A stretch of DNA of 45,613 nucleotides. Source: Chitinivibrionales bacterium. GTDB lineage: Bacteria; Fibrobacterota; Chitinivibrionia; Chitinivibrionales; WJKA01. Below, in pieces: positions 1-8,678 of this stretch (positions are counted from its first letter, which is position 1; every line of letters starts with the position of its first letter). The DNA lies in NCBI GenBank assembly GCA_038247415.1, contig JBBRUX010000032.1, positions 1-45,613 of the forward strand. Direction: 5' to 3'. The notes beneath the pieces are model-generated. The model made no database searches and was not told where the DNA came from. It saw nothing but the letters and a program-made list of their open reading frames with translations. A program made the translations under genes and the position numbers.

Positions 1-111
1 ATACAAGCGATAATTAAACGCGCTAACGGTTACAGAAACAGAGAACGTCTCAAACGGGATTTATACTTCCATCTTGGAAACTTAAACATGTACCCTGACG
101 TTTCTCTATGA
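1..111 (+). CDS. ISL3-family transposase, C-terminal end (5' part outside window)
   Basis: Frame +1 reads IQAIIKRANGYRNRERLKRDLYFHLGNLNMYPDVSL*, matching the ISL3 C-terminal pattern (K-R-A-x-G-Y-R-N...YFHLG-x-L-x-x-YP). Not in the ORF track. Confidence 0.85.
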   Translation: MQAIIKRANGYRNRERLKRDLYFHLGNLNMYPDVSL

Positions 112-117
112 GAAAAT

Positions 118-140
118 CACCCGAAAATGTCTGAAGCACC
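118..140 (+). mobile_element. Right terminal inverted repeat of the ISL3 element
   Basis: CACCCGAAAATGTCTGAAGCACC directly follows the transposase stop. The reverse complement starts GG as ISL3 ends do, and an AT-rich target-like ATAATATATT follows. The left IR is outside the window. Confidence 0.65.
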
Positions 141-198
141 ATAATATATTATTTAACAATATGGAAGCCAATTGCGGGAACATAGCGGTTGACGATAA

Positions 199-670
199 GT
201 AAGCATCCGGTGAACCCCGTCTTTACACCCATGCCAGCGGAATTCATTTTAAGATAGTTTGCGCCAGTAGGTAGGCAGTAGTTCTGCAAGTTTTGTGTGT
301 GGGTACTCAGGAATCCTAAACAGCAGATCTTTGAAATACTCAAATGGGTCAAAGTTATGGAGTTGCGCAGAAGCTGTGGAAGAATAAAAGAGTGCGCTTC
401 TGTGGGCGCCATCTTCCGATCCAGCAAAGAGCCTGTTTTTTCGCCCCAGCGCAACAGGTCTGAGTGCGTTCTGCGCCACTATTGCAGTGTTGAATGAGCA
501 ATACCGTTTTGTTCAAGAAATTCTTTATTGGTGGTGGTACAAGCAAAATACTTCTCAACAAAAGAGAACGTTTTTTCACGGCTGGTAATTATAGATATCT
601 ACTCCTTTCTCGAATTATAAAATCGAGAATGGGAGCGACATTTACAATACGAAGTTCACCGGATGCTTAC
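199..670 (-). mobile_element. Internally deleted (non-autonomous) IS66-family element, 472 bp
   Basis: Perfect 17-bp terminal IRs GTAAGCATCCGGTGAAC (199-215) and GTTCACCGGATGCTTAC (654-670); GTAA ends are typical of IS66. Contains a TnpC C-terminal remnant and a TnpA-like remnant. Confidence 0.9.
249..479 (-). pseudogene. tnpC: IS66 TnpC transposase C-terminal fragment
   Basis: ALRPVALGRKNRLFAGSEDG...DPFEYFKDLL...LAELLP matches the IS66 TnpC C-terminus; the catalytic N-terminal part is missing. Confidence 0.9.
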
Positions 671-723
671 TCTAAAATAGTACTAAAAAAGCAGCCCTTC
701 AAATGATTTCTTGACTAAGAAGC

Positions 724-1521
724 TCATAATTTGGAATACACAATCGCCGTGTTGAACTTATGCATCCCACCGTTGATACTCAATTCGATTTTAGTTTTGG
801 CAGTTTGCCAGATAACATGACATGAGAGAAAACCAATGCTTATTGCAAATCCCCACTTATTTCGGTCTTGTTTGTACATTTCATTTTTCCAATCGTAATC
901 GCGCTGCTTGGGGTTTGCATATATCTTGCTCATAAATCCTGTGAGTCGTTCGAAATCTGCATAAAAAGCTTCTGGATCTGCGTAGTCTTGCGAAATAATG
1001 TAGGATGCTTTATTGCACATTCCCGCTGTCATTTCGTAAATAACTTTACATTCGATAGTTTCCATGGTTGTCTTATACTCAAGCGATTGAGCCGTTTCGT
1101 TCACAAGCTTTGCAGTTTCGGATGTTTTGATCTGGCTTGAAGTAGCTCCCCATTTGATTTTTCTGAAATCGAACGAATTATCTCCCTTGACAACATTGAT
1201 AAGGCTGCTTGTTGGAATTGCTGCTCCACTATAGCCTTGAGCAACCCCTGCAGGCACCGGTCTACCCGTGAGCGGATCGGTAGCCGTAGAAAGGGGGTCA
1301 ATCGAATTGGGTGCGGAAGGCATCGATGGGCCACCAAGCAGTTTTGTTGCCATAAGATCACTCTGTGAAGCAAATCGCCAGGTGCCATCGCTTTTGCACA
1401 GTACCTTTTTGCCATCGTCGGTGGTTGTGATAAAATCTGAGGCTGCGAATGTATAAAAAGCTATAAGAACGATACCAATGGGAATGCAAAGCCAGATCAG
1501 CTTCTTTTTAGATCCCGACAT
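724..1521 (-). CDS. Exported or membrane-anchored hypothetical protein
   Basis: Likely start MSGSKKKLIWLCIPIGIVLIAFYTFAA (basic N-terminus then hydrophobic stretch), followed by a TTDDGKKVLCKSDGTWRF motif, a Pro/Ser linker and a globular C-terminal domain. The ORF track starts at 1590. Confidence 0.75.
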   Translation of the reverse strand: MSGSKKKLIWLCIPIGIVLIAFYTFAASDFITTTDDGKKVLCKSDGTWRFASQSDLMATKLLGGPSMPSAPNSIDPLSTATDPLTGRPVPAGVAQGYSGAAIPTSSLINVVKGDNSFDFRKIKWGATSSQIKTSETAKLVNETAQSLEYKTTMETIECKVIYEMTAGMCNKASYIISQDYADPEAFYADFERLTGFMSKIYANPKQRDYDWKNEMYKQDRNKWGFAISIGFLSCHVIWQTAKTKIELSINGGMHKFNTAIVYSKL

Positions 1522-1633
1522 AAAAGTACTCCACAGTGAGGATATTTTGCAGTACGTGAGACTAGTATTAGTCATATAATAGTACCGCAAAAAGCAGAGA
1601 AGAGCAAGCAGGGAAATAAATAAGAAGAAAAAA

Positions 1634-1708
<75 letters not shown>

Positions 1709-1746
1709 GAATTTTTTAAAAGAGAGAGAAGGGAAGGAAAAAAAAA

Positions 1747-1822
1747 TGGAGCGAGAGACGAGACTCGAACTCGCGACAACCACCTTGGCAAGGTGGAGCT
1801 CTACCAACTGAGCTACTCTCGC
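1747..1822 (-). tRNA. tRNA-Gly(GCC)
   Basis: Reverse complement GCGAGAGTAGCTCAGTTGGTAGAGCTCCACCTTGCCAAGGTGGTTGTCGCGAGTTCGAGTCTCGTCTCTCGCTCCA; anticodon GCC, encoded CCA. Confidence 0.97.
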
Positions 1823-1859
1823 TTGAGAACAGAAAAAATAGTATTATGGAACCTCGAAG

Positions 1860-2750
1860 TCAATAATTGTTGCGTATAAATCGATTACGAATATCATAAA
1901 TATCGCGGAATAACCAGAGGGGAGCGCCTTTAGCAAAATGAGGCAAGATGCGTTCTCTGGCAATCGCATTCTGGTGCGTAGAAGATTGTAAAACTTTGGC
2001 CATAATATCCCCCATGGTATCGATGGAATAAATGCCTGTTGCGGGCAAAAAGGATGGATGCGCGCGCGAGTTGCCCCGGTACATTGTACCACAGGTGTAT
2101 CCAGCATCAAGAGCGGCATCAATAACCCGCGCATTCCAGTTTCCACCAGGAAAAGAAAGAGAAACCACCGAGGCTCCGAGAATATCTTCAAGCTCAATGC
2201 GTGAGGCATAAAGTTCGTAGCGCAGGTCTTTATCGGCAAGAAGCGTGAGGTCGGCGTGAGTCATGGTGTGGCTACCAATTTCGTGCCCAAGCGATGCTAT
2301 TTCGCGAAGCTGGTCTTTCGAAAGATGCATCATTGAAGGGTAGACATCCCAATCGGAGAGCCGCCCAAGGTAGCCAACAACCGGAAATATGGTTGCCTTG
2401 GTATCATGGGCAGAAAGTATGGGTAATGCATTTTCGTAGAAGTCGGAAAAACCATCATCAAAGGTGATTACAAGTTTTTTGGCCTGTTCCGGTTGAGTCT
2501 TAACATGTGTAGCCTGACATACGGTGAGGCATTGTGTGTTAGTACTTGCTAAATGCGATATAAATAAAGCGAATGAAGTAGATGGATAATGTGCAAAGCC
2601 CGTACGTTTTTTCTTTCCAACAGAATGAAAGAGGATTGTTGATGGCACTTGTGGTGATGGGAAAAAAAAGGCAACGGCACAAACGACTGCACCTATACAA
2701 AGTGGAAGAATAAAAAAGAAACCGAGGCCTAAAAAAATGCTTGCCATCAT
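1860..2750 (-). CDS. Polysaccharide deacetylase (NodB/CE4 family) with N-terminal TM segment
   Basis: Motifs ITFDDG, HEIGSHTMTH and SFPGG, plus a hydrophobic N-terminus. Start uncertain (2750 or 2825). Confidence 0.88.
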   Translation of the reverse strand: MMASIFLGLGFFFILPLCIGAVVCAVAFFFPSPQVPSTILFHSVGKKKRTGFAHYPSTSFALFISHLASTNTQCLTVCQATHVKTQPEQAKKLVITFDDGFSDFYENALPILSAHDTKATIFPVVGYLGRLSDWDVYPSMMHLSKDQLREIASLGHEIGSHTMTHADLTLLADKDLRYELYASRIELEDILGASVVSLSFPGGNWNARVIDAALDAGYTCGTMYRGNSRAHPSFLPATGIYSIDTMGDIMAKVLQSSTHQNAIARERILPHFAKGAPLWLFRDIYDIRNRFIRNNY

Positions 2751-2898
2751 AATATCAATATAATACAATCCACCAAATGCATTCCTGCTCACATCTTGAA
2801 GTTTTGTGTGGGTTATTGACCGCAAGTCTGGTTAGGGCTATATTATTTATACAGGCTTTATTGATAGTTTGGCTACTTTTTATTGCAAGAAGGTTTTT

Positions 2899-3192
2899 AT
2901 GACACTATCCTCGAAAAACAAGACTGTCCCATGCCCATTTTGCGGGCAAGAAATTTCGGCTCGCGCCCTTGTATGTCCTGGATGTGGGTCTGACGAATCT
3001 ACTGGGTGGTCAGAAAAAAAGTATCTGGATGGTATCGATATCGACGAAGATTTTTCTTACGAAGATGCTTTAGAAAAAGAGTTCGGGAGTTCTGCAGGAG
3101 TGCACAAAAAGTTTCAAATATCTTGGCTTGCAGCAATTGGGGCAATACTTCTTGTCGTTTCGCTGGTACTTTTTCTGCGGGGCATGTTTTAA
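2899..3192 (+). CDS. Zinc-ribbon protein with C-terminal TM helix
   Basis: CPFCG...CPGCG, an acidic linker and a hydrophobic C-terminus. ATG at 2899 follows AAGAAGG. Confidence 0.8.
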   Translation: MTLSSKNKTVPCPFCGQEISARALVCPGCGSDESTGWSEKKYLDGIDIDEDFSYEDALEKEFGSSAGVHKKFQISWLAAIGAILLVVSLVLFLRGMF

Positions 3193-3269
3193 AACTAACC
3201 TCACAAAATACAAATTTAAAAGCATCTGCGCATAGCCTTGCAGGGTACCTGTCAATGAGGATGGTTTGG

Positions 3270-4154
3270 TTAGTAGCTACGTTGTTTTCGTTTGCCAACA
3301 AGACGGGCAATAATATCATTGCGGGGCTTATGCTTTTGGTACGCTTTGGCTTCTTCGATTTTAATGCGGAGATAGGCAGTTTTAGATGGTTGCGCCAACA
3401 TCTGTTGCTCTAGGGAGGGTAGCTCCTGCCTGTGCGATGGGGCCATTATATCTTCGGCCACGGTATCGACAATATCTTCGGCTACTGTTTTTTCTTCGTC
3501 AGGTTCGAGGTGAAATACATCTTCGACTGGCATTTCTGGAGTGATAATTTGATCGGCAAGGGAGTCTGCCATTTCTTCGGATTCCAATGCTTCGGCATTT
3601 GTCCAGCTCTCAGATGATGCTATTGAATTTCTAAAAGATTCAAAAGAGTCGACAAGATCGGATGGTTCATCGGGCAGGGTGAGACTCACCTGTGGATCTG
3701 TTTCCGTATCGGGTGATCCAAAATCGAGCGTTGGCAGCGAGGCAGTATTTTCGTTGCCACTTATAAATGCAAGGTAATTACAAAGTTCTTCACAGGCGGT
3801 TTCTGCGTGTTCGGATACTATGGCCGTGGATGTCCGATTGTCAAAGAGGGCAGCCAGGTAGCGATCTTTATCAACAAGCTCGATTTGAATGTGTTTATGG
3901 GCACCATGGTGAAGCATTGTCTTAAATTCAGCTTCACCAATAAGATTTGCTATGGTAACAGTGGCAGAAAAGCTTCCGGTAATAAGAGCCGCAACCGAAA
4001 CAGTATCGATATCGTCGGTTTCACCTTGACAGGCCATTAACTGGCCTTCTTTACTTGTTAGTAATGCACAAATAAGCGAAGCCTTGGAAACAAATTCCTG
4101 AAGAATGGCATCGAGTTTCTCGACATCTTCCTGATATAAAATCAGATCATTCAT
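3270..4154 (-). CDS. mglB: MglB-like roadblock/LC7 protein with long acidic C-terminal extension
   Basis: N-terminal ~130 aa align by eye with MglB (LILYQED...KEGQLM...IDTVSVAAL...LIGEAEF...FDNRTS). The ATG overlaps the mglA stop (ATGAATGA). Confidence 0.85.
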   Translation of the reverse strand: MNDLILYQEDVEKLDAILQEFVSKASLICALLTSKEGQLMACQGETDDIDTVSVAALITGSFSATVTIANLIGEAEFKTMLHHGAHKHIQIELVDKDRYLAALFDNRTSTAIVSEHAETACEELCNYLAFISGNENTASLPTLDFGSPDTETDPQVSLTLPDEPSDLVDSFESFRNSIASSESWTNAEALESEEMADSLADQIITPEMPVEDVFHLEPDEEKTVAEDIVDTVAEDIMAPSHRQELPSLEQQMLAQPSKTAYLRIKIEEAKAYQKHKPRNDIIARLVGKRKQRSY

Positions 4155-5649
4155 CAAGATCTTTCTTCCCAAGAATTTTTGAGAAGAATCCTTTGTTATC
4201 TTTCAGATCTTTTGGATTTGTTGGCCGCATTTTCTTTTTGCTCCTATCGGTGTTTACAGAAGTAAAGTACATCTGCTGATCGGTAGGGGGCCTGGTTGGC
4301 GCTTGTTGCGGAGGCGAAAATTCATTTCCTCCTTCGAGATTATAGACATCGTATTCTTCGGGATTTGTTTGTTGCCGTTGGGCTGGTTGTGCACTAGCCA
4401 TGCTCTGTTCCAGGTCGAAGGCGTCGTCGTCGGCTACAAATGCCTGTGGTGCTGCAGCAGCTGGCTGATTCATGCGCTGCTGTTTTTGTGCAATTTCCCG
4501 TTGATATCGTTCTATTTCCATATCGAGATCGGTTTTTCCGCTCTCGGTTGGCGGATTAGCTGTAAATTGAGGCTCCTGGTAATTGTCTTCGAAAACAGGT
4601 GCCTCTGGTTCTGGAATATATTGAGGAGCTGGTGCTACCTTTCGCGCTTCACGAAAAGGAGCGGGCGCAGATTGCATTGGCTCGAGATTAACGGTATTAT
4701 AATCGTAAAAATCTGGTTCGGCCTGTTTCGAAATTGCAGGAGGTGGAACAAAATCTTGTTCGATTGCTGGAATACGCAGAGTTGGGCGCGCTGCAAAAGT
4801 AGGCCGAGGTGACGAAATAAAGAGGTCGTCGCTCTCTAGTGGCTGAGCTTGTTGCGGAGGTGGTGCAACAGGTCTGGCTTGAGCAACAGGTTGTTGCGGC
4901 GCAAATCGCTGTGGTGGAGGCTGCATTGCTACCCGCGGTTGAGGCGGCGGCGGCGGTGGTGCAACGGGAGGCGCTTGACGAATTGGTTGTGGCGCAGTTC
5001 TTTGAGGTGCAGCTATTGGAGCTGGACGAGAAAGAGTCCCTCCAATAGGTGCAGTTGGACGAGAATATTTTCTGTTTAATTCGTCAATTACGATTTTACC
5101 AATAACCTTGAGCGTTTCGAATACGCCTTTTCCCTTTGAAGCAATTGCTTCGGTATAGGCATAGTGGTATTGGTTGACTTGGGCTTCAAGTTCTTCGATA
5201 GTGAGGGCATTGGGAAGATCTCGCTTGTTGTACTGGATGACAACAGGGATACTTTCTCGCTGATAGCCATATTCTGCAAGGTTATCAAGGAGATTCTGGA
5301 AGCTTTCGAGATTTTCGTCGATTTTTGTGGGTGACGAATCGGCAACAAAAACAATACCGTCTACGCCGCGCAGCACTAGTTTGCGAGTTGCATTATAATA
5401 AACCTGTCCGGGGACAGTATACAATTGAAACTTTGTAGAAAATCCCTTTATTTTCCCAAGGTCAAGAGGCAAAAAGTCGAAAAAGAGGGTACGGTCTGTC
5501 TCAGTAGCCAGAGACACCATATTACTTTTATGCTCTTTAGGTACTTTTTGATGAATTATCTGGAGATTTGTTGTCTTACCGCTCAATCCGGGGCCATAGT
5601 AAACAACTTTAACACTAATCTCTTTGGCGCCGTAATTAATAGATGCCAT
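4147..5649 (-). CDS. mglA: MglA-family small Ras-like GTPase with ~305-aa Pro/Gln-rich C-terminal tail
   Basis: YYGPGLSGKTTN, TETDRTLFFDFLP, LYTVPGQ and QYNKRD are Myxococcus-type MglA motifs. RBS-like sequence lies upstream. Confidence 0.93.
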   Translation of the reverse strand: MASINYGAKEISVKVVYYGPGLSGKTTNLQIIHQKVPKEHKSNMVSLATETDRTLFFDFLPLDLGKIKGFSTKFQLYTVPGQVYYNATRKLVLRGVDGIVFVADSSPTKIDENLESFQNLLDNLAEYGYQRESIPVVIQYNKRDLPNALTIEELEAQVNQYHYAYTEAIASKGKGVFETLKVIGKIVIDELNRKYSRPTAPIGGTLSRPAPIAAPQRTAPQPIRQAPPVAPPPPPPQPRVAMQPPPQRFAPQQPVAQARPVAPPPQQAQPLESDDLFISSPRPTFAARPTLRIPAIEQDFVPPPAISKQAEPDFYDYNTVNLEPMQSAPAPFREARKVAPAPQYIPEPEAPVFEDNYQEPQFTANPPTESGKTDLDMEIERYQREIAQKQQRMNQPAAAAPQAFVADDDAFDLEQSMASAQPAQRQQTNPEEYDVYNLEGGNEFSPPQQAPTRPPTDQQMYFTSVNTDRSKKKMRPTNPKDLKDNKGFFSKILGKKDLDE

Positions 5650-5886
5650 GGAGGTTCCTTCTCGTGGCAGGGTTCACTCAATGCGGGATGCCCGCTTCTT
5701 TCAACACTAAATATCAAAATACTTATTATACGGCGTTTAAAGCAAGGCAGCGTGTTTGTAAAAATTGCTTGAGATGATTTGGATTCCTAACAAAATCCTA
5801 ACAGCGAATTTTTAGACGGGAGAGTATTTTAAAAACAAGTTGAAATTGTACTCGTTAGACACTTTTTTGGCCATTTTGGGGGAATT

Positions 5887-7218
5887 ATGGATGATCTAAC
5901 CAAGAAGATTTTTGTTCTTGATACGAATGTTATCCTTCATGATAGTTCTTGTATTAATAAGTTTGCAGAGCATGATATCGTAATTCCCATCACGGTTCTT
6001 GAAGAACTTGATAATTTTAAGAAAGGAAACGATGCTCTTAATTTTCATGCGCGCGAATTTGGGAGAGCGCTGGATTCACTTGCAGGCGATAAACTTTTTG
6101 ATGGAGGTGTTTCAATAGGGCCTGCACAGGGAAAAATTGCTATTAAGCTCGAGATTGATTTTCATCCCGACCTCAAATTTAATTTTGCAGCCAGCAAGCC
6201 AGATCATAACATTTTGAATATTGCCTATACCCTCAAGCTCGATGAGCCCGACCGTCAGATTATTCTCGTATCTAAAGACGTAAATCTTCGCATGAAGGCA
6301 AAAGCTGTGGGGCTTATGGCGCAGGATTATCGGAACGATCATATCAAAAATATCGAGGGGCTTTATACTGGCCGGCGCATCGAAGAACACCTTCCTGACG
6401 AGACTTTGCAGAAATTGTATGCTGAACCGTGCAACGTGCCCGTGGATTCTGTGGAAGTTGAAGAACCATTGAGCGCAAATGAGTATCTCATTCTTCGCAA
6501 CGATAAGAAATCGGCGCTTGGATATTATAATGTATCAGATAAAACGATCTGCCGTATTGATAAGAGTTCAGCATATGGTATTGTTCCTCGCAATTCCGAA
6601 CAAACATTCGCGCTTCATGCGCTTCTTAATCCCGATGTTCAATTGGTAACCATTAATGGAAAAGCAGGTACCGGCAAAACTTTGCTTGCGTTGGCAGCTG
6701 CTTTAGAAACCAAAAAAAACTATCGGCAAATTTTCATGGCTCGACCAGTGGTACCTTTAAGCAATAAAGATATTGGCTATCTGCCCGGGGATATTCATTC
6801 GAAACTCGATCCGTATATGCAGCCTTTATATGACAATCTTGGTGTAATTCAACACCAATTTTCAGAGAATAGCACACGGCATACGCAGATCAAAGAATTG
6901 CTTGACGACGAAAAGCTTGTTATTGCCCCGCTTGCGTTTATTCGTGGCCGGAGCCTGGTAAAAATATTTTTTATTGTTGACGAAGCACAAAATCTAACGC
7001 CGCATGAAGTAAAGACAATTATTACGCGAGCTGGAGAAGGTACCAAAATGGTATTTACAGGGGATATTAATCAGATCGATCATCCCTATCTCGATAGCCA
7101 TTCAAATGGTCTGACCTTTTTAATTGATAGGATGAAAGGTCAGAAGCTCTATGCGCATATGACACTCAATAAGGGCGAACGATCGGAGCTCTCGGAGCTT
7201 GCATCCGATTTGCTTTAA
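5887..7218 (+). CDS. PIN-PhoH (PhoH2/YlaK-like) ATPase/RNase
   Basis: N-terminal PIN domain (FVLDTNV, SKDVNLR) plus PhoH ATPase (GKAGTGKT, IGYLPG, FIRGRS, VDEAQN, GDINQID). Confidence 0.93.
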   Translation: MDDLTKKIFVLDTNVILHDSSCINKFAEHDIVIPITVLEELDNFKKGNDALNFHAREFGRALDSLAGDKLFDGGVSIGPAQGKIAIKLEIDFHPDLKFNFAASKPDHNILNIAYTLKLDEPDRQIILVSKDVNLRMKAKAVGLMAQDYRNDHIKNIEGLYTGRRIEEHLPDETLQKLYAEPCNVPVDSVEVEEPLSANEYLILRNDKKSALGYYNVSDKTICRIDKSSAYGIVPRNSEQTFALHALLNPDVQLVTINGKAGTGKTLLALAAALETKKNYRQIFMARPVVPLSNKDIGYLPGDIHSKLDPYMQPLYDNLGVIQHQFSENSTRHTQIKELLDDEKLVIAPLAFIRGRSLVKIFFIVDEAQNLTPHEVKTIITRAGEGTKMVFTGDINQIDHPYLDSHSNGLTFLIDRMKGQKLYAHMTLNKGERSELSELASDLL

Positions 7219-7433
7219 TTATTTAAAATCATGCCGCCAGAGAACACGATCATGAATGCGAGCCAGAGATAGAGGAGTATATTATTGAGAATCTGTTCTG
7301 AGACAGATTGATTATCTGGATTCCCTGCGGCAGCTTGCACTTTTCGTTGCTGAAAATGTTTTGCAATAGACCAAATAGTCCAGATAAGAAGCCCTGCGCC
7401 AGCAATTTTAACAATAATGGTGGCCGTTTCCAT
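7215..7433 (-). CDS. Small two-TM membrane protein
   Basis: 72 aa with two hydrophobic segments; starts 3 nt after the upstream gene, with an RBS-like AGGAG in that gene's 3' end. Confidence 0.75.
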   Translation of the reverse strand: METATIIVKIAGAGLLIWTIWSIAKHFQQRKVQAAAGNPDNQSVSEQILNNILLYLWLAFMIVFSGGMILNN

Positions 7434-7436
7434 AAA

Positions 7437-7850
7437 TCAATTCTCCTGCGATGGTTGTGGTGGCAGATCCATTTTAACGGCCTGCAAACGTCGGGATGAT
7501 ATTTCGACACCATCCCATAAAATGACAAATTCGTAATATCCTTCGGTGGGGAGGGGCAATCCGTTGATATTGCCGCCAATTTCTACTACAGTGCGTCGGG
7601 TATCGGGGCACGCAACTTCCCAGGGTGGCAGTGTCATGGAAAAATCTTCTGCTTCTTTACGATAGACCAGCTGGATTTGGCCGCTTTTTGCCACATCGGT
7701 GAGGGCCACATAAATTGCACAATTTCCGTGTTTGCTTGGAAACTCGGGGCAGGTAATTGAGCTAAACGTCCCCGATAGTATGCTCTTTCCGGTGTGGGCA
7801 TCTCGATAATAGTAATCACAGATGATCATGGCTAAGACAATTGGTTTCAT
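7437..7850 (-). CDS. Hypothetical beta-rich protein (DUF6941-like)
   Basis: Pattern LAMIICD...TGKSILSGTF...LPTEGYYEFVILWDG. Family assignment from memory only. Confidence 0.65.
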   Translation of the reverse strand: MKPIVLAMIICDYYYRDAHTGKSILSGTFSSITCPEFPSKHGNCAIYVALTDVAKSGQIQLVYRKEAEDFSMTLPPWEVACPDTRRTVVEIGGNINGLPLPTEGYYEFVILWDGVEISSRRLQAVKMDLPPQPSQEN

Positions 7851-7989
7851 GATAGTTTGTTCTACAGGTGCAGGTTAAATTCGGTTTGTATAAAATATAT
7901 TGGCGCTTTTAATCTTTGAGAAAAAGAGTTCGTGATGTATCTTAAATCCCGATATAAATTCCTTTGAATCATGTTACCGGGAGCATACT

Positions 7990-8676
7990 ATGAAAGTTCG
8001 GGCAGAAGAAATCAAAAGAAAGATCCTCCATATCTTTTCTGGAAGCCTTGTACCTGGTGCGATTTTTTATCTAACAGTATATGGTAACTTGATTCCAGGA
8101 TTGCCCACTATTGGGCCGGGATGGATGTGGCCATTGCTTTTGTGCGCTGTGGCAGCCATTGGCTTTATTGTCGTTGAGGTGATCCGTCAAAAGGTTCCTG
8201 CGGTACAGGCCATTTTTCATAAATCATGTGGTTACATGCTTCGTGAAGAAGAGAAGAAAGAATGGACTGGCGCAACGTGGATAGCTGCGTCTGCGTTTAT
8301 TTGTGTGGCTGCTTTTGCTGCAAAGCCGCATATTACTGCAATGGTCATGAGCACGTTTATCTGGGGTGATGCTGTTGCAGCTCTTGTTGGTCAATCGATT
8401 GGCAAAATCAAGATTGGCAAAAAATCGCTTGAAGGGTCTTTGGCATGTTTTGTACTCTGTTTACTTATGTATATATTCCTTTTTCCACTGGTGCCTCATC
8501 TTCTTGATGCTTGGAATGGTAAAGTGCCTCTTCTGATCGCACTTATAGCCTCTGCTGCAACAACGGTTATGGAGCTTTTTCCGTTTAAGTTTGGAAAAAC
8601 TACTATCAATGATAACCTTACCGTTCCTGTGCTCACGGGCGTTATTATTGTAATTCTCTACCCGCTTGTGGGCTGA
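7990..8676 (+). CDS. SEC59/DGK1/VTE5-type CTP-dependent polyprenol or diacylglycerol kinase
   Basis: Multi-TM protein with RKILH, GDAVAALVG, KSLEGSLA and NDNLTVP motifs. Confidence 0.88.
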   Translation: MKVRAEEIKRKILHIFSGSLVPGAIFYLTVYGNLIPGLPTIGPGWMWPLLLCAVAAIGFIVVEVIRQKVPAVQAIFHKSCGYMLREEEKKEWTGATWIAASAFICVAAFAAKPHITAMVMSTFIWGDAVAALVGQSIGKIKIGKKSLEGSLACFVLCLLMYIFLFPLVPHLLDAWNGKVPLLIALIASAATTVMELFPFKFGKTTINDNLTVPVLTGVIIVILYPLVG

Positions 8677-8678
8677 GC

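Noticed and set aside
4800..5060. Repeat-like GC-rich stretch and antisense ORFs in mglA
   Set aside because: Explained by Pro/Gln/Ala codons of the tail; there is no regular DNA repeat unit.
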